This document shows positions 42,365 through 56,578 of a DNA stretch of 64,000 bases, piece by piece; the stretch's first letter is position 1, and each line of letters opens with the position of its first letter. The translations under genes and the position numbers were made by a program. The notes under the pieces are model-generated. The model was not told the origin of the DNA and ran no database searches. It saw only the letters and a list, made by a program, of their open reading frames with translations. This DNA comes from the human T2T-CHM13v2.0 reference genome, Homo sapiens. The stretch lies in the NCBI RefSeq assembly GCF_009914755.1, contig NC_060948.1; one strand, given 5' to 3'.

Positions 42365-45300
42365 ATGGAATCGAACCACAAGGAATGGACAGGAATAGAA
42401 TGGTCTCGAATTGAATGGAATCGTATGGAATGGCATCAAACGGAATGGAAAGGACAGCCACGGAATGGAATGCACTCGAATGCAACGGAGTCGAAATTAA
42501 TGGACTGGAATAGAATGGACTCGACTGGTACGGACTCCAATGGAATGGAATCGAATGGAAGGGAATCGAACGGAATGGACTCGAAGGGAAAAGACTGCAA
42601 TGGAAAGGTCTCGAATGGAATGGAAATTAATGGAATGGAATGGAATCGAATGAAATGGAGTCAAAAGGAATGGAATCGAATGGCAAGAAATCGAATGTAA
42701 TGGAATCGCAAGGAATTGATGTGAACGGAACGGAATGGAATGGAATCCAAAGGAATGGAATAGAATGGAATGGAATCGAATGGAAAGGACTGGAATGGAA
42801 ATCACTCGAATAGAATGCAATTTAATAAAATAGGGTCAAATGTAATGGAATGGAATGGAAAGGAATCGAAACGAAAGGAATGGAGACAGATGGAATGGAA
42901 TGGGACAGAGAGCAATGGTATAGAATGGAATGGAATCATCTGGAATGGAATTGAATGGAATGGAATAATATGAAATGGAATGGAATGGAATGGAATGGAA
43001 TGCCCTTGAATTAAATGGACTGGAATGGAATGGACTCGAACAGAGTGGAATGGAAAGTGTGGAGATAGAATGGAATGGACTCTTTTGGAATGGTCTAGTA
43101 TGCAATGCAATCGACTGGCAGGGAATCAAAAGGAATGTAATCGAATGGATTAGACTGGAATGCAATGGACTCGAATAGATTGGAAACGGAATGCAAAGGA
43201 ATGGAATGGAATAGTATGGAATGGAATGGAAAGGAATGGAGTGGAATAGACTAGAGTGGAATGGAATGGACTGGAAAGCAATGGACTGGAATGGAACTTT
43301 CTTGAATGGACTGGAATCAAACGGAATGGAATGCAATGCAATCAAATGGCATGGAATAAAATAGAATGAAAGAGAATCAAATGGAATTGAATCGAATGGA
43401 ATCGAATGGATTGGAAAGGAATAGAATGGAATGGAACGGAATTGACTCAAATGGAATGGACTAGAATGGAATGGATTCGAATGGAAGGCAAAGGAATGGA
43501 ATCTATTGGAATGGACTGTAATGGAATGGAATGGAAGGGATTGGAATGGACTCGAATGGAATGGACTGCAATAGAAAGGATTCGAATGGAATGAAAAAGA
43601 GTTGAATGGAATAGAACAGAATGGAATCAAATCGAATGAAATGGAATGGAATAGAAAGGAATGGAATGAAATGGAATGGAAAGGATTCGAATGGAATGCA
43701 ATCGAATGGAATGGAATCGAACGGAATGGAATAAAATGGAAGAAAACTGGCAAGAAATGGAATCGAAATGAATGGAGTGTTATTGAACGGACTCAAAAGG
43801 AATTGAATGTAATAGAATGGAGTGGAGTGGACTCGAATATAATGGACTGGAATGGAATGAAATCACATGGAATGGGAACGAATGGAATGGAATGGAAAGG
43901 AATGGAATCGAATGGAAAGGAATCGAATGGAAGGGAATGAAATTGAATCAACAGGAATGGAAGGGAATAGAATAGACGGTAATGGAATGGACTCGAATAG
44001 AATGGACACGAATGCTCAAATTGAATGGACTCGAATGGAATGGAAACGAAAGGAATGTCATCGAATGGAATTGAATCGATTGGAATGAAATCGCATAGAA
44101 TGGAGTGGAATCAAATGGAATTGAATCGAAAGGAAAGGAAGCGAATGGACTGAAATGAAATGGAATGGAATTGAATGGAAAGTAATGCAATGGAATAGAA
44201 TGGAACGAAATTTCACGGAATGGAATCAAACTGAATGGAATCAAATCAATGGAATCAAATCAAATGGAATGGAAAGGAATTGAATGGAGTAGATTGGATT
44301 GGATGGGATTGGAATGAAATGTACTGGAAAGGACTCGAATTTCATGAAACGGAATGGAATGAATTGGAACGGAATGGACTCGAATGGAATGGAATGTCAT
44401 GGAATGGCATCAAATGGAATGGCATCAAATGGAATGGAATCGAATGCAATGGAATGCTATGGAATGGAATGGAATGCATTGGAATGGAATGTCCTCTAAT
44501 GGAATGGATTCGAGTGGAATGGAATCGAATATAATGGAGTCGAATGAAAAGGAATTGAAAGGAATGGGATCGAATACAATGGAATATACTGGAATGTAAT
44601 GTAATGAACTCGAATGTAATTGACTGGAATGGAATGTACATGAATGGAATGTAATCGAATGGAAAGTAATCCAATGGAATAGAATCTAATGCAATAAAAT
44701 CGACTCAGATAGAGTAGAATGTAATGGAATGGAGTGCAGTGCAATGGAATGGAATGGAATGGAATGCAATGGAATGGAATGGAATGGAATGGAATGGAAT
44801 GGAATGGAATGGGATGGAATGGTATGGAATGGATAGTAATGGACTGGAATGAAATGGACTGGAAAAGAATGGACTCAAATTGAAAGGGCTCGAAAGGAAT
44901 GGAGTCAAATGGAATGGTCTGGAATGGAATGAACACGAATGTAATGCAATCCAATAGAATGGAATCGAATGGCATGGAATATAAAGAAATGGAATCGAAG
45001 AGAATGGAAACAAATGGAATGGAATTGAATGGAATGGAATTGAATGGAATGGGAACGAATGGAGTGAAATTGTATGCAGTAGAAGAGAATAGAATGGAAT
45101 TCAAGCGAAAGGAAAGGAATGGATTGCAATGGATTGGAATTCATTGGAATGGAAGGGAATGTAGTGTAATGGACAGGCCTGGAATAAAGTGGAATGTTAC
45201 GGTCTCGAATGGAATAAAAATGTATGGAATGGAATGCAATGAAACGGAATCGAATGTCATAGAATGTAATGGAATGCAAAAAAATGGAATCCAAAATCAT

Positions 45301-48300
45301 TGACAGGAAAGGCTGGGTGTCGAAAGGAATTGACTCCAATGGAATGGAATCGAATGGAATGGAAGTGAATAGAATCGAACTAAATCGAATGGAATGGAAT
45401 TGATAGGAACGGAATGGAAAGGAATGCAATGATTTGGCATGGAATGGAATCGAATGGCATCGAATGGAATGCAATGGAATGGAATGTATTAGAATGTAAT
45501 GAACTTTAATGGAATGCACTCGAATGGATTCGACTGGAATGGAATGTTCTGGAAGTGAATGGACTCCAATGGAATGGATTCAAAAGGAATGGAATCGTAC
45601 GGAATGGAATCTAATGGAATGGAATTAAATGGAAATGAATCAAATTGAATAGCACGGAATTGAATTGAAAGGAATGGAATGCAATGGAATCTAATGAAAC
45701 GGAAAGGAAAGGAATGGAATGGAATGGAATGGGCTGGAATGGAAAGGAATCGAAACGAATGGAATGGAATTGAAGTGAAGAGACTGCAATGGAATGCACT
45801 GGAATGGAAGGTTCTCGAAAAAAATGGAATCGAATGGAATGGAATTGAATGGAACGGAATAGTGTCGAATGGAATTGAATGGAATGGAATGGACTAGAGT
45901 GAAATGGAATCGAACCACAAGGAATGGACAGGAATAGAATGGTCTCGAATTGAATGGAATCGTATGGAATGGCATCAAACGGAATGGAATGGACAGCCAC
46001 GGAATGGAATGCACTCGAATGCAATGGAGTCGAAACTAATGGACTGGAATAGAATGGACTCGACTGGTACGGACTCCAATGGAATGGAATCGAATGGAAG
46101 GGAATCGAATGGAAGGGAATCGAACGGAATGGACTCGAAGGGAAAAGACTGCAATGGAAAGGTCTCGAATGGAATGGAAATTAATGGAATGGAGTGGAAT
46201 CGAATGAAATGGAGTCAAAAGGAATGGAATCGAATGGCAAGAAATCGAATGTAATGGAATCGCCAGGAATTGATGTGAACGGAACGGAATGGAATGGAAT
46301 CCAAAGGAATGGAATAAAATGGAATGGAATCGAATGGAAAGGACTCGAATGGAAATCACTCGAATAGAGTGCAATTTAATAAAATAGGATCAAATGTAAT
46401 GGAATGGAATGGAAAGGAATCGAAAGAAAGGAATGGAGACAGATGGAATGGAATGGAACAGAGAACAATGGTATAGAATGGAATGGAATCATCTGGAATG
46501 GAATTGAATGGAATGGAATAATATGAAATGGAATGGAATGGAATGGAATGGAATGCCCTTGAATTAAATGGACTGGAATGGAATGGACTCAAACAGAGTG
46601 GAATGGAAAGTGTGGAGATAGAATGGAATGAACTCCTTTGGAATGGTGTAGTATGCAATGCAATCGACTGGCAGGGAATCAAAAGGAATGTAATCGAATG
46701 GATTGGACTGGAATGCAATGGACTCGAATAGATTGGAAACGGAATGCAAAGGAATGGAATGGAATAGTATGGAATGCAATGGAAGGGAATGGAGTGGAAT
46801 AGACTAGAGTGGAATGGAATGGACTGGAAAGCAATGGACTGGAATGGAACTTTCTTGGATGGACTGGAATCAAACGGAATAGAATGCAATGCAATCAAAT
46901 GGCATGGAATAAAATAGAATGAAAGAGAATCAAATGGAATTGAATCGAATGGAATCGAATGGACTGGAAAGGAATAGAATGGAATGGAATGGAATTGACT
47001 CAAATGGAATGGACTAGAATGGAATGGATTCGAATGGAAGGCAAAGGAATGGAATCTATTGGAATGGACTGTAATGGAATGGAATGGAAGGGATTGGAAT
47101 GGACTCGAATGGAATGGACTGCAATAGAAAGGATTCGAATGGAATGAAAAAGAATTGAATGGAATAGAACAGAATGGAATCAAATCGAATGAAATGGAAT
47201 GGAATAGAAAGGAATGGAATGAAATGGAATGGAAAGGATTCGAATGGAATGCAATCGAATGGAATGGAATCGAACGGAATGGAATAAAATGGAAGAAAAC
47301 TGGCAAGAAATGGAATCGAAATGAATGGAGTGTTATGGAACGGACTCAAAAGGAATTGAATGTAATAGAATGGAGTGGAGTGGACTCGAATATAATGGAC
47401 TGGAATGGAATGAAATCACATGGAATGGGAACGAATGGAATGGAATGGAAAGGAATGGAATCGAATGGAAAGGAATCGAATGGAAGGGAATGAAATTGAA
47501 TCAACAGGAATGGAAGGGAATAGAATAGACTGTAATGGAATGGACTCGAATAGAATGGACACGAATGCTCAAATTAAATGGACTCGAATGGAATGGAAAC
47601 GAAAGGAATGTCATCGAATGGAATTGAATCGATTGGAATGAAATCGCATAGAATGGAGTGGAATCAAATGGAATTGAATCGAAAGGAAAGGAAGCGAATG
47701 GACTGAAATAAAATGGAATGGAATTGAATGGAAAGTAATGCAATGGAATAGAATGGAACGAAATTTCACGGAATGGAATCAAACTGAATGGAATCAAATC
47801 AATGGAATCAAATCAAATGGAATGGAAAGGAATTGAATGGAGTAGATGGGATTGGATGGGATTGGAATGAAATGTACTGGAAAGGACTCGAATTTCATGA
47901 AACGGAATGGAATGAATTGGAACGGAATGGACTCGAATGGAATGGAATGTCATGGGATGGCATCAAATGGAATGACATCAAATGGAATGGAATCGAATGC
48001 AATGGAATGCTATGGAATGGAATGGAATGCATTGGAATGGAATGTCCTCTAATGGAATGGATTCGAGTGGAATGGAATTGAATATAATGGAGTCGAATGA
48101 AATGGAATTGAAAGGAATGGGATCGAATACAATGGAATATACTGGAATGTAACGTAATGAACTCGAATGTAATTGACTGGAATGGAATGTACATGAATGG
48201 AATGTAATCGAATGGAAAGTAATCGAATGGAATAGAATCTAATGCAATAAAATCGACTCAGATAGAGTAGAATGTAATGGAATGGAGTGCAGTGCAATGG

Positions 48301-51300
48301 AATGGAATGGAATGGAATGCAATGGAATGGAATGGAATGGAATGGAATGGAATGGAATGGAATGGGATGGAATGGTATGGAATGGATAGTAATGGACTGG
48401 AGTGAAATGGACTGGAAAGGAATGGACTCAAATTGAAAGGTCTCGAAAGGAATGGAGTCAAATGGAATGGTCTGGAATGGAATGAACACGAATGTAATGC
48501 AACCCAATAGAATAGAATCGAATGGCATGGAATAGAAAGAAATGGAATCGAAGAGAATGGAAACAAATGGAATGGAATTGAATGGAATGGGAACGAATGG
48601 AGTGAAATTGTATGCAGTAGAAGAGAATAGAATGGAATTCAAGCGAAAGGAAAGGAATGGATTGCAATGGAATGGAATTCATTGGAATGGAAGGGAATGT
48701 AGTGTAATGGACAGGCCTGGAATAAAGTGGAATGTTACGGTCTCGAATGGAATAAAAATGTATGGAATGGAATGCAATGAAACGGAATCGAATGTCATAG
48801 AATGTAATGGAATGAAAAAAAATGGAATCCAAAATCATTGACTGGAAAGGCTGGGTGTCGAAAGGAATTGACTCCAATGGAATGGAATCGAATGGAATGG
48901 AAGTGAATAGAATCGAACTAAATCGAATGGAATGGAATTGATAGGAACGGAATGGAAAGGAATGCAATGATTTGGCATGGAATGGAATCGAATGGCATCG
49001 AATGGAATGGAATGGAATGCAATGGAATGGAATGTATTAGAATGTAATGAACATTAATGGAATGTACTCGAATGGATTCGACTGGAATGGAATGTTCTGG
49101 AAGTGAATGGACTCCAATGTAATGGATTCGAAAGGAATGGAATCGAACGGAATGGAATCTAATGGAATGGAATTAAATGGAAATGAATCAAATTGAATAG
49201 CACGGAATTGAATTGAATGGAATCGAATGCAATGGAATCTAATGAAACGGAAAGGAAAGGAATGGAATGGAATGGAATGGGCTGGAATGGAAAGGAATCG
49301 AAACGAATGGAATGGAATCGAACTGAAGAGACTGGAATGGAATGCACTGGAATGGAAGGGAGTGTAATGGAAGGTTCTCGAAAATAATGGAAGCAAATGG
49401 AATGGAATTGAATGGAACGGAATAGAGTCGAATGGAATTGAATGGAATGGAATGGACTAGAGTGAAATGGAATCGAACCACAAGGAATGGACAGGAATAG
49501 AATGGTCTCGAATTGAATGGAATCGTATGGAATGGCATCAAACGGAATGGAATGGACAGCCACGGAATGGAATGCACTCGAATGCAATGGAGTCGAAACT
49601 TATGGACTGGAATAGAATGGACTCGACTGGTACGGACTCCAATGGAATGGAATCGAATGGAAGGGATTCGAACGGAATGGACTCGAAGGGAAAAGACTGC
49701 AATGGAAAGGTCTCGAATGGAATGGAAATTAATGGAATGGAATGGAATCGAATGAAATGGAGTCAAAAGGAATGGAATCGAATGGCAAGAAATCGAATGT
49801 AATGGAATCGCAAGGAATTGATGTGAACGGAACGGAATGGAATGGAATCCAAAGGAATGGAATAGAATGGAATGGAATCGAATGGAAAGGACTCGAATGG
49901 AAATCACTCGAATAGAATGCAATTTAATAAAATAGGATCAAATGTAATTGAATGGAATGGAAAGGAATCGAAACGAAAGGAATGGAGACAGATGGAATGG
50001 AATGGAACAGAGAGCAATGGTATAGAATGGAATGGAATCATCTGGAATGGAATTGAATGGAATGGAATAATATGAAATGGAATGGAATGGAATGGAATGG
50101 AATGCCCTTGAATTAAATGGACTGGAATGGAATGGACTCGAACAGAGTGAAATGGAAAGTGTTGAGATAGAATGGAATGGACTCTTTTGGAATGGTCTAG
50201 TATGCAATGCAATCGACTGGCAGGGAATCAAAAGGAATGTAATCGAATGGATTAGACTGGAATGCAATGGACTCGAATAGATTGGAAACGGAATGCAAAG
50301 GAATGGAATGGAATAGTATGGAATGGAATGGAAAGGAATGGAGTGGAATAGACTAGAGTGGAATGGAATGGACTGGAAAGCAATGGACTGGAATGGAACT
50401 TTCTTGAATGGACTGGAATCAAACGGAATGGAATGCAATGCAATCAAATGGCATGGAATAAAATAGAATGAAAGAGAATCAAATGGAATTGAATCGAATG
50501 GAATCGAATGGATTGGAAAGGAATAGAATGGAATGGAATGGAATTGACTCAAATGGAATGGACTAGAATGGAATGGATTCGAATGGAAGGCAAAGGAATG
50601 GAATCTATTGGAATGGACTGTAATGGAATGGAATGGAAGGGATTGGAATGGACTCGAATGGAATGGACTGCAATAGAAAGGATTCGAATGGAATGAAAAA
50701 GAGTTGAATGGAATAGAACAGAATGGAATCAAATCGAATGAAATGGAATGGAATAGAAAGGAATGGAATGAAATGGAATGGAAAGGATTCGAATGGAATG
50801 CAATCGAATGGAATGGAATCGAACGGAATGGAATAAAATGGAAGAAAACTGGCAAGAAATGGAATCGAAATGAATGGAGTGTTATGGAACGGACTCAAAA
50901 GGAATTGAATGTAATAGAATGGAGTGGAGTGGACTCGAATATAATGGACTGGAATGGAATGAAATCACATGGAATGGGAACGAATGGAATGGAATGGAAA
51001 GGAATGGAATCGAATGGAAAGGAATCGAATGGAAGGGAATGAAATTGAATCAACAGGAATGGAAGGGAATAGAATAGACGGTAATGGAATGGACTCGAAT
51101 AGAATGGACACGAATGCTCAAATTGAATGGACTCGAATGGAATGGAAACGAAAGGAATGTCATCGAATGGAATTGAATCGATTGGAATGAAATCGCATAG
51201 AATGGAGTGGAATCAAATGGAATTGAATCGAAAGGAAAGGAAGCGAATGGACTGAAATGAAATGGAATGGAATTGAATGGAAAGTAATGCAATGGAATAG

Positions 51301-54300
51301 AATGGAACGAAATTTCACGGAATGGAATCAAACTGAATGGAATCAAATCAATGGAATCAAATCAAATGGAATGGAAAGGAATTGAATGGAGTAGATTGGA
51401 TTGGATGGGATTGGAATGAAATGTACTGGAAAGGACTCGAATTTCATGAAACGGAATGGAATGAATTGGAACGGAATGGACTCGAATGGAATGGAATGTC
51501 ATGGAATGGCATCAAATGGAATGGCATCAAATGGAATGGAATCGAATGCAATGGAATGCTATGGAATGGAATGGAATGCATTGGAATGGAATGTCCTCTA
51601 ATGGAATGGATTCGAGTGGAATGGAATCGAATATAATGGAGTCGAATGAAAAGGAATTGAAAGGAATGGGATCGAATACAATGGAATATACTGGAATGTA
51701 ATGTAATGAACTCGAATGTAATTGACTGGAATGGAATGTACATGAATGGAATGTAATCGAATGGAAAGTAATCCAATGGAATAGAATCTAATGCAATAAA
51801 ATCGACTCAGATAGAGTAGAATGTAATGGAATGGAGTGCAGTGCAATGGAATGGAATGGAATAGAATGCAATGGAATGGAATGGAATGGAATGGAATGGA
51901 ATGGAATGGAATGGAATGGAATGGAATGGGATGGAATGGTATGGAATGGATAGTAATGGACTGGAATGAAATGGACTGGAAAAGAATGGACTCAAATTGA
52001 AAGGGCTCGAAAGGAATGGAGTCAAATGGAATGGTCTGGAATGGAATGAACACGAATGTAATGCAATCCAATAGAATGGAATCGAATGGCATGGAATATA
52101 AAGAAATGGAATCGAAGAGAATGGAAACAAATGGAATGGAATTGAATGGAATGGAATTGAATGGAATGGGAACGAATGGAGTGAAATTGTATGCAGTAGA
52201 AGAGAATAGAATGGAATTCAAGCGAAAGGAAAGGAATGGATTGCAATGGAATGGAATTCATGGGAATGGAAGGGAATGTAGTGTAATGGACAGGCCTGGA
52301 ATAAAGTGGAATGTTACGGTCTCGAATGGAATAAAAATGTATGGAATGGAATGCAATGAAACGGAATCAAATGTCATAGAATGTAATGGAATGCAAAAAA
52401 ATGGAATCCAAAATCATTGACAGGAAAGGCTGGGTGTCGAAAGGAATTGACTCCAATGGAATGGAATCGAATGGAATGGAAGTGAATAGAATCGAACTAA
52501 ATCGAATGGAATGCAATTGATAGGAACGGAATGGAAAGGAATGCAATGATTTGGCATGGAATGGAATCGAATGGCATCGAATGGAATGCAATGGAATGGA
52601 ATGTATTAGAATGTAATGAACTTTAATGGAATGTACTCGAATGGATTCGACTGGAATGGAATGTTCTGGAAGTGAATGGACTCCAATGGAATGGATTCAA
52701 AAGGAATGGAATCGTACGGAATGGAATCTAATGGAATGGAATTAAATGGAAATGAATCAAATTGAATAGCACGGAATTGAATTGAATGGAATGGAATGCA
52801 ATGGAATCTAATGAAACGGAAAGGAATGGAATGGAATGGAATGGGCTGGAATGGAAAGGAATCGAAACGAATGGAATGGAATCGAACTGAAGAGACTGCA
52901 ATGGAATGCACTGGAATGGAAGGTTCTCGAAATAAATGGAATCGAATGGAATGGAATTGAATGGAACGGAATAGTGTCGAATGGAATTGAATGGAATGGA
53001 ATGGACTAGAGTGAAATGGAATCGAACCACAAGGAATGGACAGGAATAGAATGGTCTCGAATTGAATGGAATCGTATGGAATGGCATCAAACGGAATGGA
53101 ATGGACAGCCACGGAATGGAATGCACTCGAATGCAATGGAGTCGAAACTAATGGACTGGAATAGAATGGACTCGACTGGTACGGACTCCAATGTAATGGA
53201 ATCGAATGGAAGGGAATCGAACGGAAGGGAATCGAACGGAATGGACTCGAAGGGAAAAGACTGCAATGGAAAGGTCTCGAATGGAATGGAAATTAATGGA
53301 ATGGAGTGGAATCGAATGAAATGGAGTCAAAAGGAATGGAATCGAATGGCAAGAAATCGAATGTAATGGAATCGCCAGGAATTGATGTGAACGGAACGGA
53401 ATGGAATGGAATCCAAAGGAATGGAATAGAATGGAATGGAATCGAATGGAAAGGACTCAAATGGAAATCACTCGAATAGAATGCAATTTAATAAAATAGG
53501 ATCAAATGTAATGGAATGGAATGGAAAGGAATCGAAAGAAAGGAATGGAGACAGATGGAATGGAATGGAACAGAGAACAATGGTATAGAATGGAATGGAA
53601 TCATCTGGAATGGAATTGAATGGAATGGAATAATATGAAATGGAATGGAATGGAATGGAATGGAATGCCCTTGAATTAAATGGACTGGAATGGAATGGAC
53701 TCAAACAGAGTGGAATGGAAAGTGTGGAGATAGAATGGAATGAACTCCTTTGGAATGGTGTAGTATGCAATGCAATCGACTGGCAGGGAATCAAAAGGAA
53801 TGTAATCGAATGGATTGGACTGGAATGCAATGGACTCGAATAGATTGGAAACGGAATGCAAAGGAATGGAATGGAATAGTATGGAATGCAATGGAAGGGA
53901 ATGGAGTGGAATAGACTAGAGTGGAATGGAATGGACTGGAAAGCAATGGACTGGAATGGAACTTTCTTGAATGGACTGGAATCAAACGGAATGGAATGCA
54001 ATGCAATCAAATGGCATGGAATAAAATAGAATGAAAGAGAATCAAATGGAATTGAATCGAATGGAATCGAATGGATTGGAAAGGAATAGAATGGAATGGA
54101 ATGGAATTGACTCAAATGGAATGGACTAGAATGGAATGGATTCGAATGGAAGGCAAAGGAATGGAATCTATTGGAATGGACTGTAATGGAATGGAATGGA
54201 AGGGATTGGAATGGACTCGAATGGAATGGACTGCAATAGAAAGGATTCGAATGGAATGAAAAAGAATTGAATGGAATAGAACAGAATGGAATCAAATCGA

Positions 54301-56578
54301 ATGAAATGGAATGGAATAGAAAGGAATGGAATGAAATGGAATGGAAAGGATTCGAATGGAATGCAATCGAATGGAATGGAATCGAACGGAATGGAATAAA
54401 ATGGAAGAAAACTGGCAAGAAATGGAATCGAAATGAATGGAGTGTTATGGAACGGACTCAAAAGGAATTGAATGTAATAGAATGGAGTGGAGTGGACTCG
54501 AATATAATGGACTGGAATGGAATGAAATCACATGGAATGGGAACGAATGGAATGGAATGGAAAGGAATGGAATCGAATGGAAAGGAATCGAATGGAAGGG
54601 AATGAAATTGAATCAACAGGAATGGAAGGGAATAGAATAGACGGTAATGGAATGGACTCGAATAGAATGGACACGAATGCTCAAATTAAATGGACTCGAA
54701 TGGAATGGAAACGAAAGGAATGTCATCGAATGGAATTGAATCGATTGGAATGAAATCGCATAGAATGGAGTGGAATCAAATGGAATTGAATCGAAAGGAA
54801 AGGAAGCGAATGGACTGAAATGAAATGGAATGGAATTGAATGGAAAGTAATGCAATGGAATAGAATGGAACGAAATTTCACGGAATGGAATCAAACTGAA
54901 TGGAATCAAATCAATGGAATCAAATCAAATGGAATGGAAAGGAATTGAATGGAGTAGATGGGATTGGATGGGATTGGAATGAAATGTACTGGAAAGGACT
55001 CGAATTTCATGAAACGGAATGGAATGAATTGGAACGGAATGGACTCGAATGGAATGGAATGTCATGGGATGGCATCAAATGGAATGACATCAAATGGAAT
55101 GGAATCGAATGCAATGGAATGCTATGGAATGGAATGGAATGCATTGGAATGGAATGTCCTCTAATGGAATGGATTCGAGTGGAATGGAATCGAATATAAT
55201 GGAGTCGAATGAAATGGAATTGAAAGGAATGGGATCGAATACAATGGAATATACTGGAATATAACGTAATGAACTCGAATGTAATTGACTGGAATGGAAT
55301 GTACATGAATGGAATGTAATCGAATGGAAAGTAATCCAATGGAATAGAATCTAATGCAATAAAATCGACTCAGATAGAGTAGAATGTAATGGAATGGAGT
55401 GCAGTGCAATGGAATGGAATGGAATGGAATGCAATGGAATGGAATGGAATGGAATGGAATGGAATGGAATGGAATGGAATGGAATGGGATGGAATGGTAT
55501 GGAATGGATAGTAATGGACTGGAGTGAAATGGACTGGAAAGGAATGGACCCAAATTGAAAGGTCTCGAAAGGAATGGAGTCAAATGGAATGGTCTGGAAT
55601 GGAATGAACACGAATGTAATGCAACCCAATAGAATGGAATCGAATGGCATGGAATATAAAGAAATGGAATCGAAGAGAATGGAAACAAATGGAATGGAAT
55701 TGAATGGAATGGAATTGAATGGAATGGGAACGAATGGAGTGAAATTGTATGCAGTAGAAGAGAATAGAATGGAATGCAAGCGAAAGGAAAGGAATGCATT
55801 GGAATGGAATGGAATTCATTGGAATGGAAGGGAATGTAGTGTAATGGACAGGCCTGGAATAAAGTGGAATGCTACGGTCTCGAATGGAATAAAAATGTAT
55901 GGAATGGAATGCAATGAAACGGAATCGAATGTCATAGAATGTAATGGAATGCAAAAAAATGGAATCCAAAATCATTGACAGGAAAGGCTGGGTTTCGAAA
56001 GGAATTGACTCCAATGGAATGGAATCGAATGGAATGGAAGTGAATAGAATCGAACTAAATCGAATGGAATGGAATTGATAGGAACGGAATGGAAAGGAAT
56101 GCAATGATTTGGCATGGAATGGAATCGAATGGCATCGAATGGAATGCAATGGAATGGAATGTATTAGAATGTAATGAACTTTAATGGAATGTACTCGAAT
56201 GGATTCGACTGGAATGGAATGTTCTGGAAGTGAATGGACTCCAATGGAATGGATTCAAAAGGAATGGAATCGTACGGAATGTAATCTAATGGAATGGAAT
56301 TAAATGGAAATGAATCAAATTGAATAGCACGGAATTGAATTGAATGGAATGGAATGCAATGGAATCTAATGAAACGGAAAGGAAAGGAATGGAATGGAAT
56401 GGAATGGGCTGGAATGGAAAGGAATCGAAACGAATGGAATGGAATCGAAGTGAAGAGACTGCAATGGAATGCACTGGAATGGAAGGTTCTCGAAATAAAT
56501 GGAATCGAATGGAATGGAATTGAATGGAACGGAATAGTGTCGAATGGAATTGAATGGAATGGAATGGACTAGAGTGAA
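42365..56578 (+). repeat. Monomers 13-16 (3539, 3563, 3549, 3563 bp), alternating A-B-A-B types
   Basis: Starts 42365, 45904, 49467 and 53016; A markers in 13 and 15, B markers in 14 and 16. Confidence 0.85.
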
